This document shows, piece after piece, positions 1 to 17,412 of a stretch of DNA of 64,000 nt. A program made the position numbers and the translations under genes. The stretch lies in contig NW_003526943.1 of the NCBI RefSeq assembly GCF_000181795.1, positions 3,424,609 through 3,488,608 of the forward strand. Direction: 5' to 3'. Under the pieces are notes generated by a model. That model did not search any database. It saw only the letters and a list, made by a program, of their open reading frames with translations, and had not been told where the DNA came from. Within the stretch, counting starts at the first letter, position 1, and the number at the start of each line of letters is the position of its first letter. Source of the stretch: Trichinella spiralis. Its lineage: Eukaryota.

Positions 1-529
1 ATTGTTCATTAGTTGTTTGCTTTTTTATTATATGTACTTTGTTTTTATTCAAACTGAACTTTTATATTACATTTTTCTTAGTTGAACAATCTTAATCGAA
101 AATGTACGAAGTTAGACTTTTTTAACAATAAAATTTATTCCTTTCACTAAATTGTCAATTGTTTGATTTGGTTTATTTTAAAGTAATAAATAAATAACTT
201 TTCAATGCAAAGTAGGCTTTTATTAATTAGACAGTCGTTAAAGAATGACTTTTATTTTTAAAATAAATCAAACGCAAATATATAGCCTTTTTTTGTATTC
301 AATTTGAAATTAATATTTGATAGTCAATGTTTAAACCATTTATAAAGCTGTATTCTTTGGAGCACAGCGGTTAAATTATTGCGCAATATTCTTCTGCTTT
401 GATTGTATAATTTAAAATAATTCCAACCAGAATAAAATTCAATATAACTTTATTATTTTCTGATTTCTTAAAAATTAAAAATTTCCGAGTAATAAATTTT
501 TTTACAAAACATTTCATAATACTTTAAAT

Positions 530-1290
530 TCATGATCTACTAACAGTGTTCTGACAAATGCATCCTGAATCATGGCATACTTGATTAATCATGTTAAACA
601 AACATAACATGACAGGCTGCAGCATCCAAAAAAAGCTACTCATTGCATTCCGTCTAATTTCCCAGACTCCACCGAGAACTTCGAATAGCCAAGGAGTGTT
701 CAGAATAATTATCGTAAAAAATATTACTTTAAAAATCCACTTGTGTGCTGTAATTCGACGTCGAAAACGTAAAGCAGAAAACTGATCGTTGATGATGGTT
801 CTTTTTTGCAAATGCCACGCGGAAATGAAAACTGCAAGAAGAGATAAAGCGCTTGAACATGCCATAAAAACAGTGAAGCCAAGCCAAAATTGTCTTTCTA
901 CCACGTCGACAAAGTAACAACTATTCACAAACTGATCGCCTGACATTGAGGTGCTAAGCCATAAGCCAACAAGCCAACATGTCAGAGATAAAATAAAAAA
1001 TAAACAAATGGATATATTCCTCAAACGTCGTAAGAAAAAATTGGAGCTCCTTATTCTCGATTCTGTGAATATAATTGTTGACAACGCGATTACTGAACAT
1101 TCCATCAAATGATTTCCAATCAGATAAAGTTGCGCATTCGGAGCAAAATAAAAGCAGCTCATCTTGTCCCTGTAAGCTGTGGTTGCCCAAAGTTTGCTAC
1201 ATTTTTCACATTCAAATGCCAGACCAAGGCTGGCAATGGCACTTCCAAAAGCATAGACTGAAAGGCGTAGATTAGAAAACAACAATATTC
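530..1290 (-). CDS. Multi-pass membrane protein, serpentine/GPCR-like (large last exon; probable upstream exon at ~1516-1674)
   Basis: 251-aa ORF with about 6 hydrophobic segments and Cys in the loops. A cag acceptor lies at ~1291. An upstream minus-strand segment encodes a TM-like stretch (VLDILNVCIGQITFFTQIYCLILF); its exact junction is unresolved. Confidence 0.55.
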
Positions 1291-3198
1291 TGCATAGAAT
1301 TCAGTCAGTACAATAATTAACCGCAAATTTTAACTCAAATACAATTAATTAGCAGATTATTTTAAGCTTATTAAATATAACTTTTGTTTGCATTTGAAAA
1401 TATATAAAACTTAGCTTTCTTATTTTCTAACTTTAAAATTTATCATAAAATTCATCGAGTACAGCATAGATTGAAATACATATATTTAAGATGTATAATT
1501 TTTCAAATTTACCACAAGTAACTTTGTACAAGCAGCATTTCATACTTCTTTGCATGAATAAAATCAAGCAGTATATCTGAGTAAAAAACGTTATTTGGCC
1601 TATGCATACATTCAAAATATCTAAAACTGTACGCTGTGCGGGAGTTGCAACAGTGATGCTTTTCAAGGTGCATCTAGAAATTAAAATGCATTTTGAATAT
1701 TTTTCAAAATTGCAAAAATGTATCTTATAGAATAGAATACATATTTTAATTATAAGTGAAATATGCAATAATTTGATTAATTCCCTTTAATGCCAAATGA
1801 AATAATAATAATAGTAATTAAAAATAATATTACTCTGTACAGTTGGACATTCTGATGACAAAAAAGGCTTTTGAATTTCGCCTGTCTTGGACAAGATAGC
1901 ATTGAAAATAATCAGTACTAGCTTATGTAAAAATAATTTCAGGAAGAGTAAATTTTATTTTTCCAGCAATTAATTTTAAATCAGATTGATTAAGCAATAA
2001 ACGTTGAAAGGAAAATTTCTTTCTTATATTAGAAACTGATCGAAAACAACAGAAATTTCTAAAATAACAATTATTTTTTAGTGCTTATCTTCATATTTTA
2101 ATTTTTTCTTAAGTAAAGTAGAAAATAATGATTGCAATAAATATACTGCTAATGCGGTATGATATGCAGATAAAATCAAATGATTATTACTATTTTACTG
2201 CTAAAATAATTACAATGTATTATTTTACGCAGGCTTAAATAAGGATCATTGAATATTTATTTCTGAGTAAATCAAGGAATATTCCTTGCACACAGTAAAT
2301 TAATGCATAATGAACATTACATTAAATGAACATTGCTTATATCAAAGAGAGAGAGAGAAAAAAGGAGAAAGACATGTTTATTAATGATATTGAAAAGAAC
2401 TTCAACATGAGATAAATATATGTCGATAAAGACTATAAACGCAAATTATTTCGCGTATAAATGCTATGAACTCAATTTATAGTAAGAATCTGTTTTAAAA
2501 ATAGATAAAAGCAGCTACTGATAATTTTAAGAACATAAAAATTCTATGAAAAGTAAAAAATACGCTTTTCAATCAAATTTAAAATACATGCTATTTATTA
2601 TAAAATTTACTTAAGATGAAATGATTATTACCATTTCAAACATAAACTACATGAACATGGCTGAATATTTATCTCCAATATATATATAATTTATTACTAA
2701 AAAATAAATAAATATTTTAGACATTAAAATTTAAATTAAATAAAATTTTAAAGCTGTGTTTTTCAATAGAAACAATCTCCAAATTTTAACTGTAAATGCA
2801 AACCTGAATATTTGTACAGTACGACTTGATGCTGCACTTTGTGTACAAAAAGTAAAATCAATACAGAAATAAACTTTTAAATTACATAAATATGTAGCAT
2901 TTCTGTATAAAAATACTTATGTAAAAATGAAAAAAATGCCATGTAAAAAATTTCACTTTTTTGCTTTAACTTATAATGATTGCCAAGTCATTTTGCGCAA
3001 AATGCTATTCTTTTTTGTCAATTTTTATAATTAAATTGAATGCTGTTCTTTTTAATACTTACCTATTCGTAAATAAAAATTTTCTTAGCATCTGGTAATA
3101 ATATTCTTAAATGAAATATCATTATATGAATTGTTTCGATTAAATTTTCTGTAATACTATTCATGTTTGACTTTATAGAAGTACAGTTTACGACATAG

Positions 3199-6041
<2,843 letters not shown>

Positions 6042-6602
6042 TACTGTTGAAAAATCATCGTTTTGCGTGTTCTTTTGGAATAAACAATTTTTTGCATTTG
6101 TAATTTTTGTCGGTATTTGTTAATGATAGCTTGACTTTTGAGAATTGATGAGCAGTGCGTAATATTGACATGTAAAAATAGCGCAACAATGGCAGTTTTT
6201 TGATATAAAAGTTACAGATTACGAGAATTTTCATAAATTCTGTATGTTGTGTGTAGATTTTTGGGGAATTGAAATGTTTTCAAATTATCATAAAATGATG
6301 AGATTATTTTCATCTTCTGTACGTAGAGATTTGTCTTGTCGATTCATTTCAGTTGGCGAAACTGTGAGAAAAGCAATAATTCTCAACTTTCCTTCGATGT
6401 GAGTGAAGTGAACAACGCGAGCTGAATAAAGATTGCGGTGTGGTTTAAAGTTTTAAATTAGAAATAGCTAGGGAGTAGTAGTTTAAAATAGAATTTTACA
6501 CTTTAAAATAAAGCGCGTTAGCAATGGGCAAAGTTGGAAAGTTGATTCATTTGGCGAATTGTTGTGCTGAGAAGAAGTTGATCGGTTTGATCAAGTGAAA
6601 AT

Positions 6603-7124
6603 ATGAATTGGTTGTGTTGTTGTTGTTGTAAAAAAAAAGCTAAAAATGAATCCACAGCCCCGCCCCCTGTGGAACCGATTACCAAAGAAGAGCCTAAACC
6701 GGAGGTGGTCGATGCAGCTCCGAAGAAGATGGAAAAAGTGCCACGCAGCGACGATTATGACACAATAAAACCGAATTTGTCGAACGTTTTTGACAATTTT
6801 CAACAACTCCAAGCGCAAATGAAAGATATGGCAGGCCAAAATCCGCCAGCTGCGGGACCAGTACCAGCAGAAGCAGCAGCCGCAGCTGGCGTGGTAGCGG
6901 ATCCCAAAAATAAACCTGGTGGTAATTTTGTAAGCAAAGACCAACTGGAAGATTACATCACTGTGCAGTCAGGAAATACTATTGCATTTTTTGTTCCGAA
7001 AGATAAGCCACAGGCTGCTGGTGCTCCCAAAGTGGAAGGAGGGAAAGACCCCGCTGAAAATGATATGAAATTTAAAAGTGCCCAGGAACGTACCGCCATC
7101 GAATATTTGCATTCCAAGAGATGA
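6603..7124 (+). CDS. Intronless hypothetical protein with N-terminal Cys5-polybasic motif, Pro/Ala/Lys-rich
   Basis: 173-aa ATG-initiated ORF, more GC-rich than its flanks, with protein-like composition and a downstream AATAAA at ~7301. Confidence 0.8.
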   Translation: MNWLCCCCCKKKAKNESTAPPPVEPITKEEPKPEVVDAAPKKMEKVPRSDDYDTIKPNLSNVFDNFQQLQAQMKDMAGQNPPAAGPVPAEAAAAAGVVADPKNKPGGNFVSKDQLEDYITVQSGNTIAFFVPKDKPQAAGAPKVEGGKDPAENDMKFKSAQERTAIEYLHSKR

Positions 7125-8852
7125 ATTTGTATCAAAATTTTAAGATAATTAAGACTTTTTTAATCATATTATTTATTTAATTGTTTAAATAATTAATATA
7201 TTGTCATTATGTTAATAGACACATTGTATGCATGCATGTATTTGTTGCGTTTTGTTTTTAATTAAATTTAAATTTACACTTGTTTACAATAATCAAGTAA
7301 AATAAATGCTGTTGAAAAATTAATAATAGCGCAATGATGGCACGTTGGAAATTTCGTATAATTTATTATTTGTGTGCAGACGAAATATTGTAAAACTGAA
7401 GTGCATAATCAAGCCATTTGTTTTTTTTTCATAAACATGAATTTCAACAAGTTACTCGTGTAATTTTTTTAAAGTGATTAGAAAACTTTTACTAATTCTC
7501 TCAAGAATATTTATTTGACAGATTGTTGATTCAGAATTTGTCGATCATTTGCGAAAGGGTTTTTTCAAATCATAAAATCCATCTTCGTTCAGTTAATTTA
7601 TATGGGAGGATGAAATTTTTTTTTCTTAGGATGCATTTATTCAAATACATATTGGAGTAGTGATTAACTTTATGGAATATTTCGCAAAATGTGCATGATC
7701 AGAAAAATGATCATCAGTGTAAAAATAAAATTATTTCAGAAAAAAAGCATCATAATTTTATAAATTACAATGAAACATTGAATGCCAACAACTGCTGCTA
7801 CAAGTGGATAATATTGAATTCGACTAGATTGTTTTTTGCTTCTTTTCTTGTACATCGTGTTCAGTTGTTTTTAATAAAAATGATTAAAAATAAAATATTA
7901 ATGAGCAATAAAGGCAATTTTTTTTATTGTACGAGTTGTAAATGAAATTAATTTTCTCAGTTTAATCAAAATTACGTTTCATATTTACAATGAAGAGTGC
8001 TTTTGTAAATTTCATGTAAAGCAAATAAAATTATAAAAAATTAATTAATACTCATACAGACTTTTTAATAACAAAATAGAAAGTTCAAATGGTAAACTGA
8101 ATGAAATCAGTAATGTGGATTGGATTCAATCTATCAAACGGTTAGCTAGTTGGTTAGTCCATCGATTAATGAATAATTATGGGTGTGACAATTGAAAATG
8201 TGTAATTTTATTGAAAACTGATTGAAATTTCTAATCTGAAACAATGCAAAAACGAATGCAATAATCCGAATTGAGTTTTTTGTTTGGAAAATTTAAAAAC
8301 CAAAAAAACTGTCAGCATAATTAAAATATTTCTTTGTTTTTTTTTCTTATCAAAAGCGTTGGTCATGTGGAATTTCAAAAGCAGTGCTATTTTTAGCCGT
8401 ATAAGTTAGACGAATAATGGATGAAATTAAATATTCCTTTTCGAAATAAGCAGTGGGAGAAGATGAATATATTTTTTTTCAAATTTCTTTTTTTCCAAAT
8501 CAACAAATCATCCGTATCCGTTTTTCTACTGTTGGTACCACCTGTATGGTCGGCCTCTATGCAAAACTGAGGATGCATCAGAAATGTCCGGCAGAGATCG
8601 ATGTTTGGGCTTTTGATTTTGATTGTTTTATGAAGAAGAGTTTGGATCAAATTGCGATTGTTGTTGACTGACAAAGCGGACATCATCATTTGTCAAACGA
8701 TCACTTCCTGCCGAACGAACGCTCTGCCCCGCCGTCTACACCGCAGCTTTCCACGCTTTGGCTAATTTTGCTAGACGTCGTTCAAACAATTTTCCACAAC
8801 GGCTTCGTTCAAATAACGCGACTGAAGACGCCAAGTAATAATCATATATTAT

Positions 8853-8862
<10 letters not shown>

Positions 8863-8885
<23 letters not shown>
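8863..8885. repeat. (CA)n microsatellite
   Basis: Directly visible dinucleotide run. Confidence 0.95.
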
Positions 8886-11557
8886 TGTATATATTTAGAA
8901 CAAATCGTAGAGCCCACTTGCTCAGCATGTTGCCAAAACAAAATTAGCCAATCACATTCATCTACTCTTTCCAACGAATTTCTAACAAACCTCAGAGCGT
9001 CATACAACTTGTCGCATGACTATTCACCTCATCCAAGGTACTACATCCAGAAGTATATTCAATTCATTTCAACAGTAACAGGTTGGATAATTGTTTGTTT
9101 TTTTGTCTTTTATACTTTTTTTCAGTTTTATATACTTTTATTTTATCTGCGTAAAATTTTGATATTAAACTATTTATTGTAATTTCATCTGGTTTTTTTC
9201 TAAATAAATTATCCATCGAAAGGTATTTTAATTCTTTTTTTTTTCTTTTAATCTTGAAAATTGAAATTTTCTGTTATATTATAATAAAGTAGATTAAATA
9301 AATTTCGTACAATTTCAATTACAAGCAAAAAATTGTAAAGATTAGATGAGGTGAAATTAATTCATATTACTTTTGAAAAGAATAACATCAATAATATGCT
9401 AAAATTAACAAAACTGCAACTGCATTTGCTTTTGAACATGCACAGATGAAATAAAAATGAAAACTTTTATTTCAAATATTCACAAAATTATATTATTGCA
9501 TAATTTTTCAATGGAAAGTTTGAGGATATTATTTCAATCTATCAACACCACTATGCCACTATCAAATTTCACCGTTTTCTTATATTTGAAAAAAAATTAT
9601 TTATTTCAAAATTCTTTTCAATTTTGTTTTTACAATGGGTTTTGAAAATACTGTTTTCTTTACGTCTTTGGAATATATTTTTTCTTCAATAGCATCTGAA
9701 TGGCCATCATAATTTTAAAAAATTGCATTCCATGTCATTTTACTCTTCTTTGAAACATACTTTTATGCTTTTGCTTGTTTTTTTGAATATTTCGCGTCAT
9801 AAAATAATTTAATTCGAATGTTTGTTTGTTTGTTTGTTTATATTTATGTGTGCAGCTTTTCATACTGTTTTTTGCTATAAATATATGAGGGGTGTTTGCT
9901 TGATTTATCACCACTGAATTGCTGAAACTTTTTATGTTGAAAATATTTTACCAGCTATTTATAGAATTTATATCAAATGCTTATAATTGTTAAGCAGAGG
10001 CGGATTTCTTTTTTTTTCTTGTTGTTCTTCTTGTTGCTTTTCTAATACAATTTAAGCTTGATTATTTATTTGTTTTGCTTTTTTTCGATGATAAAACTTT
10101 CCAAATTGCTGCACATCCTCGAATCTGATAAATTTGTTTTCTTAATTTGCTTTTTTTTCCGAACAAAGCTCAGATGAAGCTCCATCATTGAATGACTAAG
10201 TTCCTATGATAATAATATTTTTATCGATTTCAAACCGAAAACAAAAAAAGCATATTTAAATTATTACTTACAAATTGGTTATTCAATTTTAAGATAATTT
10301 TCTATTTGAGAAATTATTTACTATTTTAATGTTAAATGTTTATAATTGAACCAATTGAATTGCCTAATTGATAAATTTAAATCTTTTACTGCATGTGACG
10401 TAACTGAGAGATTGGAATTTTTCCCTTTCCTTTTTTTTATTTTTTATTTCAGAAGAAAATTCTTTCTTTTTCAAAGCTGTGAAACAATGAACGTATACAC
10501 TTTTTATTTGTGGAACCGCATAATTTCAGAGTAAAAAGTTGTTTACCGATAATATATTTTGTGTATAAATTTTTAAACAGCTAAATGAATCAAAGCAGTA
10601 CAGGTGCTGCAATTGAATAAGAAAATTACTTGCTAATGTACCTACCAGTGGTGGTATATATGTAAAAGCGGAGCAAAGAAGCTCAATGAAGACAAGTGAA
10701 ATTTTCTTATTCAAACTACAAATATATAGATTTGAGCGTTTGATCAATTTAATAAACAAAACCAATCTGATCAGCAACAAGCATTCATTTTATGCAACGC
10801 GTTAATGAGCAGCACAATGGGCTTGCTGTTTGCTGATTTTGAAATGTAACTTGTCACGATCATTGTTGTGCAGTCATTGAAAATTATGGTAAAGCAACGT
10901 TCGATGAAGCAGAACACATTCGAGACACTTCACTCGGTGTTATAATTATATAAATCATTATCAGCACACAATACAGTCAAAAATTCAAAAGCTTCTTTTG
11001 GTTAAAGTTGACGATTGCAAACTTTTCCTTTCGTTGAAGAATGTAGCAAGTTTTCATTTATTTTATAAAGTACCCTTTTATAGATATTTCATTTCCAATG
11101 GTCTTTTGTTTGTGATGATTTAATTAAAATGGACATGCATTTATAAATGACTGAATGGGCTTTATTTAAAACATTCAATGGTGGATAGAAAAGCGATTCG
11201 TGCATTGATGATGACAACAATATTCTCAATTATTTTGTTTTCAACAAATATTCAAATAGAAGAAACAAAGAGATGCAGAATTGAATTTCTCAAAATTTAC
11301 AATATTTTTTCTATAATCGAATTAACTTTTCAAATAAAAATATATTTTTCACGTCCACATTGCACTGCATACAATAATAATTAAAAATGAATAAATAAAG
11401 GTACAGTTTTAGTTGTTTAACAATATTTGATTTCCTGTTCACATGAAGAAAAAATAAAAGAAAGAAATTTGGCATAACAGATAGGTGGGTGTTTTTTGGA
11501 TCTTTTCCGTGTTTGCTGAAAGGAATGTTTTCAATTTAAATTCCGTCGCATGTTCAC

Positions 11558-11605
11558 TGTGTGTGTGTGTGTGTGTGTGTGTGTAGGGGGGGGGGAGGGA
11601 GGGGG
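11558..11605. repeat. (TG)13 microsatellite followed by a G-rich tract (G10-A-G3-A-G5)
   Basis: Directly visible. Confidence 0.95.
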
Positions 11606-14600
11606 AATTAAATTGCAGTTAAATAAAAATAAAAATTTCAAGTTTATTTCAACAATGAAGTACAAGAGGAAGAGGGTAGAAATAAAATTACGATGGACAA
11701 TAGTGAAAGTAATTTTTGGATCGATTTGGGCCCCTCCCGATGGGATTTTACGGCATGGGCTGCTGACCAGCTAGATAAAATGCATCGATCGAAAAACATT
11801 GACCTAATGATCCAATTTATAAATGCGTCCCATTCGATTTCAGTTCTCTGCTATTGGTGCTGCTATATTGCTGGGACTGATTTCACCGTAAAGTTGATGG
11901 CTGAACAAATTTCTCACTTGACGTCGCTTGTTTGCTTCTTTTTTCCTTGTTTCACTGCTACTTTTCAAATTATTGTGAAAATTCTTCTTCATAACTTATG
12001 CACAAATACAAAAGATGATTTCATGTATTATAATTTTCAAAATTTTTTCAAACAACTCTATTCTCATCATAATTGTTCTGGTAATATTATATTTACTCGA
12101 CGGAATAAAGTCGGAATGAAACCTCTGATTAGCGTAGGCGGTTGTCATTTTGCCAGAAATATTAACGACAATGGCGCAACGCAAACACAGCTGCTTGGGC
12201 GATCTTTAAATTTTCACTTATGGCCTGAAACATATAGGCCAATAAATCTTTATCATAGTGATTATTCAACTTCTTCTATTCTTTAGCCAGTTGTGTTTAT
12301 TCAACATGCACCATTGCTTCTATTCTAATGTTGTTGCGCGCATCTTTGAGAATTCTCAAAGGGTTCCATCCTCAAAGGTTTTTTGAAAGAGGGGGTGCAA
12401 AAATTGTTCAGCACCTTGTATGCAGCAACAGATTGCAAAAAAGAAGAAATTCATTTCCGTCCATTTGCTAAGGTGAGAAGCAATTACTTTGTACCCTTCC
12501 ACAATGAGATAAAGATGATTGTTCTTTTTCCAACTTTTTTCTTCCTCCCCTACTCTCCTACTGGCACATGCTTTCATAGCATACATAGTCGGCTTATAAT
12601 AATCAATTATATAAATTTACCTCTGTTGCATAGACACACACACACACACACATGCATAAACATGCTGCTGCTACCTAGGAAAAGATGTGACAAAATTTTG
12701 AAAAGTTGCTGTCGATAACACTTCCAAGCATACACTGGCAATCAATCACTAGCTGTTGTTGTTGTTTTTAAAAATGATCAACGTCTATATGATTACGTGA
12801 TTGATAAATCTTTTGAAGATGGATCACTTTCAAATTATATGAAGCTTTGCAAAAAAGTTCAACAGCTAATATGAATAGTTCAACTTTTTTGCAAAGAAAG
12901 CTTGACTAGCTGAAAAATTTTCCCATCTTTTTCTCATTTTTTCCATTTTATTTTTCATTATACAAATTCTACTTTCCATCTTATCAATATTTGACCAATT
13001 TTTTTGTAATTAATTTTTTCTCAATTTTTTTAAACGTTATGATGATCACTTTTGACAGTTTTTATTATTTTTTTTATAAAAATTGAAAATTTATTAGCAA
13101 CAATTTATTACATTTAAATGCTGTTGTTCTAAAGTGAACTTTTCCATTTGTTCCTTGCATGAACTTTGCAGCTTAAAATTCAAAATCTTCAAATATAGAC
13201 CTTTTGAACATGTTTATTTAGCATTTTATATTAGATAATTTTGTCACAATTTATCATAAATTTATGTTTTTTTTTAAATTAATTTTCCTCAAGTAATAAT
13301 CACTGCGAATGCAGTCAGGTTAGCGTTTATCTTTTGAGAAAAATGAAAATAGCTTTTGTTCAAAATTAGAATTTTACAATGCCTGGATGTTTGCTTAATT
13401 TTATCATCCATAATTAGTTGGAAGTTGCGCATTTCGCTTGAAACGTGAGATGATGATTTATTGGGAGATGTTAATTTTTTGAAAGTCAAACTTTTTCTTC
13501 ATTTCCAATGTTTCAATAAGTGTAAAAAATGAGCATCCCGAATCAAGTCAATAAAATGCAGTTTATTTTTCAACTCAGTCTCTCTGACAGTCGTCATTTT
13601 GGAGAGTGAAGAATTCTTTCATTTTTTTTATTTTTGAAAAATTCAATTATTTCTTTTCAATTCTCTTGACAATATTTGCTGTCGTTTCAGTCGTCGTATT
13701 TTATGAAAATTTACGCCGGTGATGCTTCTTGCTTAAGTGACACTTTATTTTTTACAAGAAGTTGCATTTTTTTTAAATCTTGTGTAGCACAGCAGACAAT
13801 GGATGGAAAACGGACAAATTTTGAAATTGTTGTTTGCAATGCTTTTGTTTTTGATCAAGTGAGCTTCAGCTATTAATTCACTTAATTGCTGTAATAAAAT
13901 TGAATAATAATACGACGTGTTGTTTGTCTGTAAATAAAATTTCACTTTAAATAGTTGGAATGAAAATTGAAATCAGTGCAGTTGCATTTTGAATTATGAA
14001 CGCTTGGGGACGATTTGAATTTCCTTTCATCCTGCCGAACTATTGCATTTGCTTGAACATTCACTTTAGCATGGAAATGTCAGCAAGGGTAGATGTCCAT
14101 TGATTTCTGCTTAATAGGGTTGTAATTTTTCATCTGCAATGCACAAATACTTTTAGATTTTAAATATTTCGCTTTCTTTGTTTCGATGTCTGTGCTAAAT
14201 TATTACTGCTATTACGTTGCGAGAAACGTTTGAAAAGCTAGAAAGCAAGTGTATTGCATGCAGTAAGATAAGGCTAGGCAGCATTATGTTGTTCATTGGA
14301 AAGCGCTCATGAGATTATACAAACTATACACAACTATGCTGTTGACTGGAAATTATAATTGCAAGTGAATGAAATTTATTCCGAATGCTGGTCGCATCTA
14401 TTGAAAAATATCAAATCCACACCTTGGAGAAGAAAAATTTCAATGTTCAACATAACATTAATGCTATTATTCAACTCTTGAATAACAACCATGTAATAAA
14501 TAGCAGAGCAAATTTCACTATGGTTAGTTTCGTTCATTTAATTTTTCCGCAGTGTAAACGTCAAAAGCTACACCAACAATGCTTTGCTCAGATTTTTGTG

Positions 14601-16182
14601 CAAAGCAAGAAATTGGCAATCAAGCACTTTTAAAGTAATTTCATTTTCTCATCTTCATCTGTGTTTATCAAAATTTTATCAAACTTTGAAAAAAACATTC
14701 TGATGATGAATGAATTTTACGCACTTTTTAATATTCATTCTTTCAATGCTTTTCTTTATACTACAGTCGACTTTCTTTTCTCTTCTGAACAGGAATTACG
14801 CATTTCCTGCTTTTAGAGCTTCATTAGCTTTGGAAAGCGGAGGGCGAGAATTTTCCAAATTCGAACAATTTGATGAATGAACGCTAATTTTGAGGGTAAC
14901 TATTTTTTAATTTGTCAAATGCTGCTTCAACAACAGCAACTTCGAAAATGGCCAATGCTTGTTTTTTTTTTGATGAATCCAAGTGAATCTTTGTGAATGA
15001 ATTAAATTGGTCGTTGTTTGCAAGCAATTGAAACTTTTCACAATTCATTGAACACTCCAGTAGACGTTTCATTCAATTCTGATTACAAAAAATTCAACAT
15101 TATAAATGCTCAATATCTGCCTATTATTATAATTATTATTGCACTGTTGCAAAATCTGGTTGAAATTTTATAATTTTTTTTAGATTGTAATTTCTTGCTG
15201 TGGATTGGATTTGTTTAATAAGTAAAAGCACTTTTCAAATTATAAACAATATTTGAACAGTACTCTGCTCTCAGTTTTGTATTGCTTTGGCTGAAATTTT
15301 CATTCATCTCTTTTCGCAACTTTTTCATTCACTAGGAGAAATGAATATTCATTTATTTGTTAGTTTATTAAAATATTTCTTCTGAACAACATAGCGACAG
15401 CCTCTTTCTTCTTCTAATCCCAAACAGTACATCGCACTGTAAAAATTATTGAAGCATTAGAAATGCAATTGCAACGATTGTAATATTTAAATTTTATTGT
15501 TGAAAATACTTCAGCGCTGAAAAAATCAAGTTTAAAATTTCAATTCCCACCTATTATCATTAAAACTTTATGTTTAAATTTATAATTATTAAAAATTTGA
15601 ATAATTTCCATTTTGATAATGCTTAATTACTTAATTTTTTTAATTATTAAAACAGAAATGCTTTCAGTATTATTCATTGAAATAAAATTTTTTAATTGAA
15701 ATTATTGAGAATTTCTTTGTTTACGAAAGGAAATAATAAGAGCAGTGAAACATAAATCAAAACCGTAATTTTTATGTTATCTTGGAAGTAATTTTTTTTC
15801 ATAAGAAAAATTTAAGTTCTGATTTAAAAAAAGTTATTTTCTCGAGCTTTAATGTTTTAATGATTTTTGTCCTTTTCCTATTGGTAAAATGGAATGAGGA
15901 AGCTTTTTTTGTTGCAAACATTTTATAACTTATTTAAATGTTTATCAGAAAACATGACTGGAAATTTCAAGCATATTTACTTATTTATTTGCAGTTTTGT
16001 TGGTGAAAAGTTTCGCCGTGTGCTCATAAACTGTTCATTGCATCCAACAACAGCTAACAATCATATATCAGTAATATATATTTTTTTAATTTATTACACT
16101 ATTCAGCATTATTTTAAAAAAAAATTATTTTTGAAATAGAAATTGGCCATTTTATGATTTGATCTGCTCAAAAGCATCAAAA

Positions 16183-17412
16183 ATGTTATTCAGCCAAGCT
16201 CATCGAAGTCGTTGCAGTCGATCGCATAGTACAGTCCACCGTCCATCACGTCTTCCGCCGGTCAACGATGTTGCAGTTCAAAGAACGTTCAGTGTAAACT
16301 GGTGCTGTTCAACATTTGCGGTATTAAAATGGATGGAAATTGTAAGTATTTGCAGTACTTTTCACTTTTTATTCATCAACTAATACAGATGTTAAGCGAT
16401 CGTTAATATTAATTTCAAAAAATGGAAATTTCTTCTTAAATTATTCAGAAATAAAACTTTTATAATCATAAAAAATTCCTGACAATTTAATGAACGCAGT
16501 ATTTGATAATAAAGTTTTTGAAGAAATTTAAACAACTCGTTATGGCATCTCATCAAAACATACTGTAGCTATGTATGAATTACATCATTTACAGGTATTG
16601 TGCATTTTGGCAATTGCATTAATCGAAGCTGGAGTGCAGATGTGGCGAGCGTATGGTTTTATTCTTTTCATGTCCGCTTTTTGCTTGGCAATAACATTTG
16701 CGGGCTTGATTATCAAATTTTGCCAACTACAGACTGGCGAAAATAGTGCATTTCCTTTGCAAAAATTGGTAAGCAGTTGTTAATTGGTATTCTAATCAAC
16801 GCTTTAATTTCCATAGCATGGGACTTTTTGAAATCTTGATATGATTAATTTTTGCTTTTAATTATCATAGTACGAAGTTTTTAATTTTACAGAATATGTC
16901 TTTTAAAAGCTTTTTTTTACTTTGAATCTTAACAGTAATTGTTACAAAATGTAAGTTTTGAGATAATTTCTTCGATAACTTTTAATTGTGAAAAAGTATG
17001 AATTACTTGATTTTCAGGAAATTTCATTCAACATTTTTGCAGTTTTTGGATTTTGTATTGCATTTGCTTTGTTGTGCTATGATTGCATAAAGCTTTTTGA
17101 TGAAGCTGAAGATTATTATCAAGCTAAAGAGAATCGACCAGATTCAATTGAGCTGAACGACTGGCGAAATCGAATTGTCGCTACTACGGTAAAAATTTGA
17201 CAACTGAAAATTGTCAAATCAAATTTATTTAGCACTTAAAATATTACAAATAATATTTAAAGAAAAAAATTGAAATTTGTGCAATAGTTTATTTTATAAA
17301 ATATAATTTCCTGTTAATTAGTTGTTTTTTGTTTTTTGAAATTCAGGTACTATGTGCAAGTAATTCAATGCTTTACTTAATGTCAGCGATAAAGTCAAGA
17401 CATGGTTATTGA
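16183..17412 (+). CDS. MARVEL-domain (CMTM/MAL-like) four-TM protein, at least 4 exons
   Basis: Exons ~16183-16341, 16594-16768, 17018-17188 and 17347-17412 splice in frame at GT-AG sites. They give four hydrophobic helices and the MARVEL-like 'VLKWMEI' motif before TM1. The 5' end is uncertain. Confidence 0.7.
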
